A DNA stretch of 64,000 nucleotides, taken from Piromyces finnis finn. Its lineage: Eukaryota > Fungi > Neocallimastigomycota. This document shows positions 39,089 through 51,510 of the stretch, piece after piece. The stretch is from positions 259,666 to 323,665 of the forward strand of contig MCFH01000059.1 in NCBI GenBank assembly GCA_002104945.1, read 5' to 3'. Both the position numbers and the translations under genes were made by a program. Numbering within the stretch: the first letter of the stretch is position 1; the number at the start of each line of letters is the position of its first letter. The notes below the pieces were generated by a model. The model saw only the letters and a program-made list of their open reading frames with translations, was not told where the DNA came from and ran no database searches.

Positions 39089-39699
39089 TATTATTTTGTG
39101 ATAAATTTTATTATTAAAGTTTATTTATATGTAAATATAAATAGGTAATTACATTGAATAAATTTATGGAAATATAAAACCTTTTATACTACAACGTGGC
39201 GTAGTATTTTATACAAGGTTAATCATATGAATAATTTATAACTAGTCCATAAAAATAATATACTTAATCACATAAAATACATAACATTGAGGTTAATTAT
39301 ATTAATACTAAGATTATATTTATAATATATCAATTATCAAATAAATATTAAATTTTAATTAATAAATAATATATAAAATTCTTTTTATATTCTAACATTT
39401 AATTATTAAATTAAATATTTATTTAAATTATTAGTATATATTCATTTAAAATTACTATAAGCATTTATTTATATTAATATTAATTATTCATTTATTTAAT
39501 TTTAAAAATTTATTTAATTATTATACTAATTATTTATTTATTTATTTATTTTAGTAATTTATTTAAAATAATAGTAAATATTCATTTACATTTGTTATTT
39601 AATATTTTTAATTACATTTATTTGTACATTTTAAGGAAACATTATGTATTTCATTTTTTATTAATTTTATATGTATGTAATTTATGTTGTGTATTTTAT

Positions 39700-39963
39700 T
39701 TCAACAGAAATTTAAGAAACAATTAAAAAGTTATTAGGAAAATCGGATATTAAGGTTTTTCTGAAATTTATTTCGGTTTTACTTAATATTACGATGATTG
39801 ATATATTAGTTATCAATCGAATATCTTTTTAGGTTTTTCTTCTAGTCTTTTCCTAAAAAGATTATTTGTTAAGATTAGAAATTATTCATTAAACGTTAAA
39901 TTTCTACAAAATTATAAATAAAAGAACTCTTGGATTCTACTAAAGAATCCAGAGTTATTATTA
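39700..39963 (+). repeat. Interspersed repeat family H (probable LTR), cut by LTR G at 39964
   Basis: Similar to ~54500-54735 (+) and ~53140-53365 (-): GGATATTAAGG...TCTAGTCTTTTCCTA...TATAAATAAAA plus an AACTC...GAGTT hairpin. Confidence 0.65.
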
Positions 39964-40804
39964 TGTAAAGATATCAAACGCCTCAGCCTGATATCTTTAA
40001 TGTAACTTAAGCCACAAGTATTATTGTTTAAGTTACACAAATTATATTACAGAAAAAGAAAATGAGACATAATTTATTTATTAATAATTAAAATTTGAAA
40101 CAAAATAAATTATTAATTTATTTTTAATGTTTTACAAACAAATTAAATTTCTCACTTTGTAAAGTCGACACAAAAGAATAGATTAGGATATCTATTCTAT
40201 TACAATAACACTAAAGATTTATATAAAATTGTTTTGTTAAAAAAATATCTTTTATTATAATAGAAATTATATTAATAACAATTACATCGATAAAATGATG
40301 AAAAATATCTTCTATTTATATTTTTCCTAAATACATTTATATTATATTATAACTATTTATTTCTTATATATTATTATTTAAAATCTACACTAAAATCTTA
40401 ATTATTAATAAATATTTAAACTATAACTATTTTTAGTAAAATACAATTGGCAATTCAAATTAAGTACTATTCAATTTGAATATGTGCCCATGTATTATTG
40501 ATATATTAAACATTTAATAATTATATACTAGATGTCTATTTCTATTACAAAACAATACTAAAACTAGGGGTTTGAATTGAGAATTTTAATTTATTTGTTA
40601 AACATTAAGAATAAACTAATAATTTATTTTGTTTTAAACTTTAATTATTAATAAATAAATTATGTCCCATTTTCTTTTTCTGTAATATAATTCGTGTAAC
40701 TTAAACAATGATATTTATGGCTTAAGTTACATTAAAGATATCAATCTGTGGCGTTTGATATCTTTACAATCTCTCTCTCTAAGTCGAGCTCCTGCGAGAT
40801 TAAT

Positions 40805-43800
40805 TTATAAAGAATCCTTTCTCGAAGGAATTTCAATTACAAATGGTTGGTATCTATGCTTAATTAGATTACCAACTTTATTCTTTCTTATTCTCATGGA
40901 GGAGTCATTCAACTTATGTTTTGACTTTTTAGAGTTTCTTTCGAACTCTTGTATTAATTGTTTGTCCGGGATCTGATCTTCAGAAACCCAAGTGGATTTG
41001 TCAAATCCTTTCCACGATAACTTATAAAATGTCTCACCATTAACAGATTTCATCTTCTCAATTTTTTCTGGAATTTTTTCAATTAAATCTGTGTTAAGAT
41101 GAATATTTCTTTTCCTACTATTAGACCTATCTATAAACTCGTTTTCAAAGTATGGTTCTAACAATGAGACATGAAAGACTGGATGACATCTCATTGTCTT
41201 TGGGAGTTTCAATTTAAAAGCGAGAGAACTAACTTTTTCAATTATTTCAAATGGACCAAGCATTTGAGGTGCTAATTTCTTCTTCAAGTTAGTTCCCGGA
41301 GAATCTTTCAATAACCATACCTTCTTTCCACTTCAAATTCCGGGGGACTCATTCTTTTCATATCGGCATATTTCTTATATGTTTCTTTTGCTTTTTCTAA
41401 GCTTTCTTTTAATAATTTAAAGTTTTTATTCATATCAATTACTCTTTGTTCAGCTCTACTAGGTCTATCATTAGCCGGGATTTCCAAGCTGAACTTTGGA
41501 TGAAAACCATAATTAGCAAAGAATGGGGATTGATTTATAGATTGCTGTAAAGTGTTATTATATGCAAATTCAGCAAATGGAATAAGATCAACCCAGTTAT
41601 TCTGCTTCTTATTGATAAAACAACGGAAATATTGTTCTAATATGCCGTTCACCCTCTCCGTTTGACCATCTGTCTGCGGATGGTTAGCAGTTGACAATGA
41701 ATGATTGATATTAAGAAGGTCACAAAGTCTTGACCAGAAATCAGAAGTAAATTGCGAGCCTCTATCAGAAATGATGGAATTAGGAAGACCATGCAAACGG
41801 AAGACATTGGCAATAAAAGCATCAGCAGCAATTGAAGCAGTAGGAAGACAACGTAAAGGAATGGCGTGAGCAAATTTAGTAAATCTATCGACAACAACCA
41901 TAAGTGTAGTCATATCTCTGGACTTAGGAAGATCAACAATAAAGTCGATAGAGATATCAGACCAAGGCCTACTAGGAGTGTCCAAAGGGGATAACAAACC
42001 ATAAGGCTTATGTCTAGGGACTTTGGATTTGCAACAAGTCACGCAAGATTTAATAAAGGATTTAACATCTGAATGAAATCTTGGCCACCAAAAGTTTCTT
42101 GAAATAAGTTCAACGGTTTTCTTAATGCCGAAATGGCCAGCAGCAACAGAATCATGATGGAGTTCTAAAACTCTAGTCCTAAGAGATTTAGGAACATAAA
42201 TAAGATTGTTAAATAACAAAAATCCTTCACCATCAATAATAACTTTATCAATATTTTTAATAGGTGCATTACTTGTAGAACCATTCATTTTAAATTGAAC
42301 AATGGAATTGTACAAATCGTCATTTTTAAGTTCTGATAAAATAGAATCTATTAAAGGTTTGTTATCGCTATGATGAAGTGAAATTGTAAGACAAGAAACA
42401 TTAGAGTTAATATCATTCACTAAATGATCACTTCTACGAGACAGAATGTCAGGCTTTCCAGATTTCTTTCCAGCTCTATAGATGAGTTTAAAGTCAAATC
42501 TGGATAAGAACAAATTCCATCTAATTTGTCTCTGAGATAACATTTCAGGTTTTCTAGGAAATGTTAAGTTCTTGTGATCGGTATAAATTATGAACTGATG
42601 GCGTGCACCCTCTAAGTAATGACGCCATTCTTCAAGAGCAACTATAATAGCTAAGAGTTCCTTGTCATATATAGGATAGTTTCTTTGACAACTCGTCAAA
42701 CTTTTAGAAAGAAATGCAATGGGATGTAATTTGCCGTCAAACTCTTGAGAGAGAATAGCACCGACAGCATAATTACTAGCATCAGTTTCAACAATAAATT
42801 GTTTATTACTATCCGCATGTTTCAGAATAGGAGCTGACGTGAACAAAGTTTTTAATAAAATAAAAGCGTCCTGATCTTCTTTCCCCCAGTTAAAAGCAAC
42901 ATTTTTTCTAGTGAGTTTGTGAAGAGGGTTTGCAATTTTAGCAAAGTCTTTAATAAAAATTCTGTAGTAGTTACATAGACCAATAAAAGACTGAACCTCT
43001 TTAACATTCTTGGGAACCGGCCAATCGATAATTGCTTTAACTTTATTCTCATCCATTTGCAACCCATCTTTTGAAATGACATAACCAAGAAAAGTGGTTT
43101 TCTTAACATCAAACTCACATTTTTCTAATTTAACATAAAGATTATTTTCAAGTAGTTTCTTAAGTACCTTTTTAACATGCTCATGATGTTCTTTGATATT
43201 ATTAGAATAAATAAGGATATCATCAATATATGAGATAACAAAATCATCTAAATAATCACTAAGAACATCGTTAATAAAGTGTTGAAAGGTTGCAGGTGCA
43301 TTCTTTAATCCAAAAGGCATAACCAGATATTCAAAATGACCGTACCTAGTACGAAAAGCCGTTTTGTATTCGTCACCTTCTTTAATACGAACAAGATTAT
43401 AAGCAGATTTGAGATCTAATTTAGTGAAAATTTTAGCATTTTTCACTCTTTCCAGAAGGTCACTTATTAAAGGTAAAGGATATGAATTACGAATTGTAAT
43501 ATCATTCAATCTTCTATAATCAATACAAAGTCTTAAGGAACCGTCCTTCTTTTTAACAAACAAAATTGGGGCACCAGCAGGAGACGATGATTTCCTAATA
43601 AAACCTTTATTTAAATTTTCATCTATATACTTTTTAAGTTCCTCTCTTTCAACTTCAGTTAATGGATACAAGGGTCCATAAAATAAAGTTGAATCATCCT
43701 TAAGTTTGATTTCACAATCATAAGGTCTATGAGGAGGTAACACTTCACAATTTTTTTCGTTAAACACTTCACTAAATTCTAAATATTGGGTTGGTACGGC

Positions 43801-46016
43801 GACCAATTTATCTTTATTAATATCCTTTTCATTATTATTATTATTACTACATGATTCATTATCATTATTACATGTTTCAATAATTTTCGTTACAATACAT
43901 TTAACTTTTTTATTAAAACTAATATATTCATCATCGCTGTCATCTTCATCATTAATGGTTCTAACAAGGCGGCCTTTAACATATTCTTTTTCTTCATGGT
44001 TTGGGACGGAGGGATCTACTTTCGGTTTTTTGGTTAAGCTTCGGTCAAGAACATCATGATCTAATTGATCATTCTTGGACTTCTTTCTTGGTTTTCTTTT
44101 TCTTTTACCTTTGTTACAGTGTCTGGCACAATAACCAGAACTAAAAGCGATTTTCTTAGAGTCATAGAAAGCATTTGGATTATGCTTCTTTATCCACGGC
44201 AAACCAAGAATAACATCAACACCGGGGACTTGTAATCCATAAAGTTGAATTACTTCGAAGTGATTTTTGCATCGGAGCATACACTTCTCAGTCCTTTCCC
44301 ATACACTTACAACTCCATCACTAACACCTGATACACGGAATGGTTCTACCTTTTCCAACTTAATACCAAGGTCTTCAGCAAGACTTGGATTAATGAAATT
44401 CAATTCAGAACCGGAATCAATTAAAACCTTAATTTTAACTTCCGAAACTTCATTGGTACTCAAGTAAAAATCCACAAGATTTAAATCACTTTTCACTCCC
44501 TTGACTCCAACTTTGTAAATTTTTGGATTAACAATTTTTGGAGTCCTTTCTTTAACAATTCTTAACACTTTTCTGGGCTTTACTCTATTAGGACAATTAA
44601 ATTTTAAATGTCCTGGCTGTTTACAAAGAAAACATAATCCTTTTTTCTTTTCTTCTTCAAAGTTGTCCATGTTTTCATTGTAATTTTTACTTGATCCTTG
44701 GATATTCACATACCTTCTACGCTTGTTTTCTCTACTAATTCTAAATACATCCACATCCATAGGATCATCAGCCCTTCTACTATTAAAATAAAATTCACTA
44801 AGCGAATTCCTTTTCATCATATCTTCAACTAAAATAGTTGAAGAAATCAATTGTTCAATTGAAGTTGGGTTTGATTCAATGAAAGCCAACTTCTCCCTAA
44901 GTGGTGGTAGTAAACCTTTCAGAAACATGTAGATTTTTGCGCTATCATTAAATGTAAAGATATCAAACGCCTCTGTTTGATATCTTTAATGTAACTTAAG
45001 CCACAAGTATTATTGTTTAAGTTACACAAATTATATTCAGAAAAAGAAAATGAGACATAATTTATTTATTAATAATTAAAGTTTAAAACAAAATAAATTA
45101 TTAGTTTATTTTTAATGTTTAACAAGTAAATTAAAATTCTCAATTTAAATCCCTAGTTTTAGTATTGTTTTTTCATAGAAATAAATAAATAATATATAAA
45201 TAATAAATGATTAATATATCAATAATACATGTGCACATATTCAAATTGAATAGTACTTAATTTGAATTGCCAATTGTATTTTACTAAAAATAGTTATAGT
45301 TTAAATATTTATTAATAATTAAGATTTTAGTGTAGATTTTAAATAATACTATATTTTAAATAAATAGTTATAATAATATAAATGTATTTAGGAAAAATAT
45401 AAATAGAAGATATTTTTCATCATTTTATCGATGTAATTGTTATTATTAAAATTCTATTATAATAAAAGATATTTTATAAAACAATTTTTTATTTTATTTT
45501 TTCAAATTTTTGTGTTATTGTAATAGAATAGATATCCTAATCTATTCTTTCAGTGTTCAACATTACATTAAAGCTTGAATTTTGGCTAATACGTTGAAAC
45601 TCGGTAATGTAATCTAATACCTGACCAAGTTTCCTTTGGCGAATATTATCTAATTTACCGTTAGCTACAACGGTATCGTATCTATAACTGCCAAAGTTAG
45701 CCTTCAACCTATCTACAAATTCATCATAATGGTTTAAAACCTCACTATTATTCTTCATCAACACTGAAGCCCATTCCAACGGTTTACCAGAGAAGTATGA
45801 TATAACAAAGTCGACCTTGACTCGATCTGTATTATACAGTGTCGGTCGAGTACGAAATACCAACTCAACTCTGGTTAAAAATCCATCCAATTCTCTTTGT
45901 TTACCAGAAAATACAGGTGGAGCATTAATAATGTTCCCCGAGTTCCCAGAAACACCTACAGTCCCATCACCCATCTCCAAATTCAAACTTTTAAACTCAC
46001 TAATTAAGTCCTCCAA
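40805..46016 (-). pseudogene. G2 gag-pol (solo LTR in gag, frameshift near 41320)
   Basis: CFLCKQPGHLKFNC, LIDSGS, YIDDILIYS, integrase, GPFEI; close paralog of element A. Confidence 0.92.
44953..45567 (+). mobile_element. Solo LTR family G inserted in G2 gag
   Basis: TSD TTAAA at 44948-44952 and 45568-45572; the gag frame (SSFN/DSAKIYMF) rejoins on removal. Confidence 0.93.
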
Positions 46017-47619
46017 TTCAAAATATAATATACAATATAAAATTAAAATGGTTTCTTACTACTGTTTCAAGTAAGTAATCTTAAAAAAATTTTTTTTTTT
46101 TTTTTTTTTTTTAATTACACTAGTACAATATATTCTAATACAAAAGTTATTCAAACGCGTTCTGCAAAGCAGTGTCGAACAAGTTTTGTATTACTAATTC
46201 CTGTAAGATTTTAATAGTTTTCTTTCTTCAATTTCTTGTCCTTCGGCGGTAGAATCCAACCAAGTAGCTTTTTCTTTCTTCAATATCTTGTCCTTCGGCG
46301 GTAGAATCCAACCAAGTAGCTTTTTCTTTCTTCAATTTCTTGTCCTTCGGCGGTAGATACCCTAACGTATTCTTGGATTTCGTTAGGTAATTGTTATTGT
46401 AAAGTCGACACAAAAGAATAGATTAGGATATCTATTCTATTACAATAACACTAAAATTTTAAAATAAAATAAAAAAAATTGTTTTTTAAAAATATCTTTT
46501 ATTATAATAGAATTTTTAATAATAACAATTACATTGATAAAATGATGAAAAATATCTTCTATTTATATTTTTCCTAAATACATTTATATTATTATAACTA
46601 TTTATTTAAAATATAGTATTATTTAAAACCTATGCTAAAATCTTAATTATTAATAAATATTTAAACTATAACTATTTTTAGTAAAATACAATTGGCAATT
46701 CAAATTAAGTACCATATAATTTGAATATGTGCCCATGTATTATTGATATATTAATCATTTAATAATTATATACTAGATGTCTATTTCTATTAAAAAACAA
46801 TACTAAAACTAGGGGTTTGAATTGAGAATTTTAATTTATTTGTTAAACATTAAGAATAAACTAATAATTTATTTTGTTTTAAACTTTAATTATTAATAAA
46901 TAAATTATGTCCCATTTTCTTTTTCTGTAATATAATTCGTGTAACTTAAACAATGATATTTATGGCTTAAGTTACATTAAAGATATCAATCTGTGGCGTT
47001 TGATATCTTTACACACTTTAATTTCTTAGTCTTAGTATTGTTTTCTGATAGAAATAGATAAATAGTATATAAATAATAAATGATTAATATATAAATAATA
47101 CATGGGCACATATTCAAATTGAATAGTACTTAATTTGAATTGCCTATTTAATTTTACTAAAATAGTAATAGTTTAAATATTTTATTAATAGTTAAGATTT
47201 TAGCATAGGTTTTAAATAATACTATATTTTAAATAAATAGTTATAATAATATAAATGTATTTAGGAAAAATATAAATAGAAGATATTTTTCATCATTTTA
47301 TCAATGTAATTGTTATTATTAAAAATTCTATTATAATAAAAGATATTTTTAAAAAACAATTTTTTTTATTTTATTTTAAAATTTTAGTGTTATTGTAATA
47401 GAATAGATATCCTAATCTATTCTTTTAGTATTCAACATTACATATTATAAGAACAATCATAATAAATAACCTTTATTAAAAAGAATATTAAAAAATATAT
47501 ATATATTTTAAATAAAATATCATTAAAGCTGTGTTGTTTATTATATTTCCTTATAATAAACTCTTTTTAAGATAAGTATAAATTTTTATTTTAATTTCAC
47601 AGTTTAATAATATTAATTA

Positions 47620-48440
47620 TTATTACATTCTGATAAATAATGAAATTAATAAATATAAAATTATTATTATACTTGATTTTTAAGTTAACCCTAAAAGTAA
47701 CTTAAAATAAGTTATAGTTTAATTAATTACTTTTACCAAAATCCTAAAATGAAATTAATCCTTAACACTGCATATATTTTGATTATTGAAAGAAAAATAA
47801 TAAACTTTAATTAATCGAGATCAAAATATATAACTTTTGTTAAATTAATTGTTAAATTAAATAGTTAATAACTTCTTTTGTAAATTACACTTTAAAAGTA
47901 AACAAATATAATAATTAATGTTATAAAATAATATAATTAAACACTTTTATTAAAATATTAAAAATAACTATTACTTTAATTGTAAAATAAACAACTTTTT
48001 ATATTCTTTAACTTTTAATTATTTCTTTTATTGTTATTTCTAATTACTTTTATTACTTTTATTGTAAATAGTTATTAATTTTATTATTTTAATGTAAATA
48101 GTTTAATTTTAAAAGAAAATATAAATATATGTAAATATTCTCATTTTAATCATTATTATTATTAATAAAGAAATATTATATAATTTAGTTAATATTTTTA
48201 TAATTTTAATAATCAATTTTATAATTAAATAAATAAAAATTTTAAATATTTAAATATTAGAAAAACAAGTATTTCTAATAAAACAATTTAGTGTTGTAAT
48301 AAAACAATTTTATTAATTTTTATAAAAACACTTTCAAATTCTAATCCATATAACTTATACAGTTACAATCAAAGATATAATATAATAATCACTTTTTGAA
48401 GTAAAATTCAAAATTAAGATTATTATCAAATTATATCAGA
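47620..48440 (+). repeat. Left arm of ~0.8-kb inverted repeat (family J)
   Basis: Reverse-complement match to ~50715-51510 (e.g. AAGTTAACCCTAAAAGTAAC, CACTTTTTGAAGTAAAATTC). Confidence 0.8.
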
Positions 48441-48835
48441 TATATGTAAGAAGTTACTTAAATAAAATATAAATAACTTCTACAAATTTGTCATGAATAT
48501 TAGTGGATTCATGATAATTTATTTAAATAATGTTTTATTCATTTAATTAATAAGAAATATTTTATAAAAACATTATTTAATAATAACTTTAGAGATATTT
48601 ATTAATTATAATTATAATGATTTATATTTATTAAAGTTTAAATTATATCTCTTCATTTATTTGATGTGGAAGGAAATTAAAATAAATGAAATAGTCATTC
48701 CTCCCTCAAATGATTAAAATGACTTAATCAAGTAATAAAGAATAAGTCATAAGCTTAAAGTCATTATATAAATATTTAATATATTTTAATTAATAGAATA
48801 GATAATTAAATTAAAATCTAAATCATGTATTTTAT

Positions 48836-49527
48836 TGTAAAAGTTTTATAAAATTTAAAATAGATTATAAAATTTTTACAATAAAACAATAAACACAAAA
48901 TAAATAAAAAAGAAACAAGAAAATAAATTATATTTAAAATATCTCTTTTATTAATTTTATTTAGTTATTAACTAAATAATAGTCAATAACAATTACATTG
49001 TTTTAATCAAGAAATTTTACATGTATTTATATTTTTTGTAAATTATATTTTAATATACTATTCTATTTAATTATACATATATTCAATATAAAATAAACAT
49101 AACTAATTTAATACTAAATTAATTATATAATAAAATAATAAAACTAAACTAATTAAATACACTTTTGATTCAATTTGAGCAAACTACAAATTAAATACAG
49201 TCCATGTATTACCTATATTTATTATATATTTGCTATTAAAAATGCTAATTTAAAACTACGCTAAAGTTATTAAACTAATTTTAATTAAATAAAAACTTTT
49301 TAAGATTTAATTTGAATATTTAAAATATTTAAATTTAATTATCCATTAATTTAAATATTTATCCAATTTTCATTTCTAACTTTGATATTTTAAAATTAAT
49401 CTTTATTTAATTATTCCGTAAAATTTATATAATAAATTTTATAAATAATTTTCATTAAAATATCAAAATTATTATTTAATAATTATTAATTATTAAATAA
49501 TTTAAAGATATATTTTATATCTTTACA
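48836..49527 (-). mobile_element. Solo LTR family A
   Basis: TGTAAAAG...ATATCTTTACA; TSD TTTAT on both sides. Confidence 0.9.
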
Positions 49528-50014
49528 TTTATAACTAATGTAACTTTATTAAATAGATTAATGATTTATTAATTGATTTAAAAAATATAAAAACTCGAGA
49601 ATAATTTGATAATTAAACTTTTGGAGAAATCATTAAGTTTTATGACTTTACTTAATGATTAATAATATAATTGATTAATAACATGTAGTAATAAATTTAT
49701 TAATAAATAAAACTTTATAATAAAACATATTTTGTATTAATTTAATAAGTAGGGTTAGGGCATTCTGACCTAACTTACTTCAATTCAACCTTAACTCCTT
49801 AACAAATAAATAATCATGAATCCACTGATATTCATGATTATTTATTAAGGGTTAAGGTCATATCTTAACCTTTTCTAAATTTTTTAAATACTTCTTTATA
49901 ATTTATAATTTATTTGGAAATAAAATATTGTTGATTTTAAAATTTTATAAGTGATTTCACAATTTCAAGTGATCTTGAAATTATAGATTTCACTTGTATT
50001 CGTGACAAATATAA

Positions 50015-50070
50015 CTAGTGTGCTTACCACACTTTTCTTTAATAAAATATCGCTTTTTGACAATGGTACA
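50015..50070 (-). repeat. Short repeated terminus with hairpin and CTAG (Helitron-like?), copy 1
   Basis: CTAGTGTGCTTACCACACTTTTCTTTAATAAAA.ATCGCTTTTTGACAA also at 52553-52608. Confidence 0.4.
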
Positions 50071-50714
50071 GAATTTTATTATAAGTACCTTTTTATTTAT
50101 TATTTAGGACACTACAACAGTTATAAATAACAAATTTATATTCTAGATGAATAATTATTATTATATTTTTATTTATTATTTTATTTATTATTTTATTATT
50201 TTATTTATTATTTTATTATTTTATTACAAGTTTTATTATTCATAAGTATTATTTATTATTATTTATATTATTATTTGTTAGTAAAAAAAAAATAGGAATA
50301 ATCTTAGAAAATAAACTAATATTATTATTAATTCCTTCACTAAATCTAATAATAATATTATTTATTCTTCTATTATTATCACTTTATCTTTATTTTATTT
50401 ATAATATAACTAATATAAACTAACTATAACTAACTAATTAACTAAAACTAACTAACTATTAATAAGAACGCGTCTTTCTCCTTTCTTTAAATAATTATAT
50501 TTTTCGTCATTATATTAAATTATAAAAAGTTTATTATACTTTATTGAATTATTTATAAGTTATTAATTTAATTTAATTTACCATTCTTATTATTACTATC
50601 GATATATCAATTTATTAATTAAAAATATTTATATATATATATATTTTATAAGGGTTATTTCATTTGTCAAATATATGGATTTATTACATTTTTCTGAATG
50701 TATTGTACCAACAA

Positions 50715-51510
50715 CTTGATATAATTTGATAATAATCTTAATTTTGAATTTTACTTCAAAAAGTGATTATTATATTATATCTTTGATTATAACTATATAA
50801 GTTATATGGATTAGAATTTGAAAGTGTTTTTATAAAAATTGATAAAATTGTTTTATTAGAAACTCGTTTTTCTAATATTTAATTATTTAAAAGTTTATTT
50901 ATTTAATTATAAAAGGGATTATTAAAATTATAAAAATATTAACTAAATTATATAATATTTCTTTATTAATAATAATAATAATGATTAAAATGAGAATATT
51001 TACATATATTTGTATTTTCTTTTAAAATTAAACTATTTACATTAAAATAATAAAATTAATAACTATTTACAATAAAAGTAATAAAAGTAATTAGAAATAA
51101 CAATAAAAGAAATAATTAAAAGTTAAAGAATATAAAAAGTTGTTTATTTTACAATTAATTAAAGTAATAATTATTTTTAATGTTTTAATAAAGATGTTTA
51201 ATTATATTATTTTATAACATGAATTATTATATTTGTTTACTTTTAAAGTGTAATTTACAAAAGAAGTTATTAACTATTTAATTTAACAATTAATTTAACA
51301 AAAGTTATATATTTTGATCTTGATTAATTAAAGTTTATTATTTTCTTTCAATAATCAAAATATATGCAGTGTTAAGGATTAATTTTATTTAAGAATTTCG
51401 GTAAAGTACTTAATTAAACTATAACTTCTTTTAAGTTACTTTTAGGGTTAACTTAAAAATCAGGTTTAATAATAATTTTATATTTATTAATTTCATTATT
51501 TATCAAATTG
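50715..51510 (-). repeat. Right arm of inverted repeat (family J)
   Basis: See 47620-48440. Confidence 0.8.

Larger units (their letters stand above)
21880..39397 (-). mobile_element. Ty1/copia element C (309-bp TG...TA LTRs), split by gypsy A and lacking the integrase core
   Basis: LTRs 21880-22188 and 39089-39397; TSD TTTAA on both sides; gag 38060-39047; protease WTFDTGASEH 37494-38039; RT 23080-24102 with an internal deletion; RT/RH 22316-23185; PPT TTTGAGGGGGAG. Confidence 0.93.
40158..47013 (-). mobile_element. Ty3/gypsy chromovirus G2, full-length, disrupted
   Basis: LTRs 40158-40768 and 46398-47013; TSD CACTT; gag 46016-45568 interrupted; pol 41308-44928; frameshifted tail 40805-41311; PPT TTAGAGAGAGAGAT. 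Confidence 0.95.
39964..47442 (+). mobile_element. Solo LTR family G split by element G2
   Basis: TGTAAAGATATCAAACGCC at 39964 ... TTCAACATTACA at 47442; TSD TATTA. Confidence 0.9.

Noticed and set aside
8165-45000. Numerous antisense ORFs overlapping pol genes
   Set aside because: Shadow frames of retrotransposon coding sequence.
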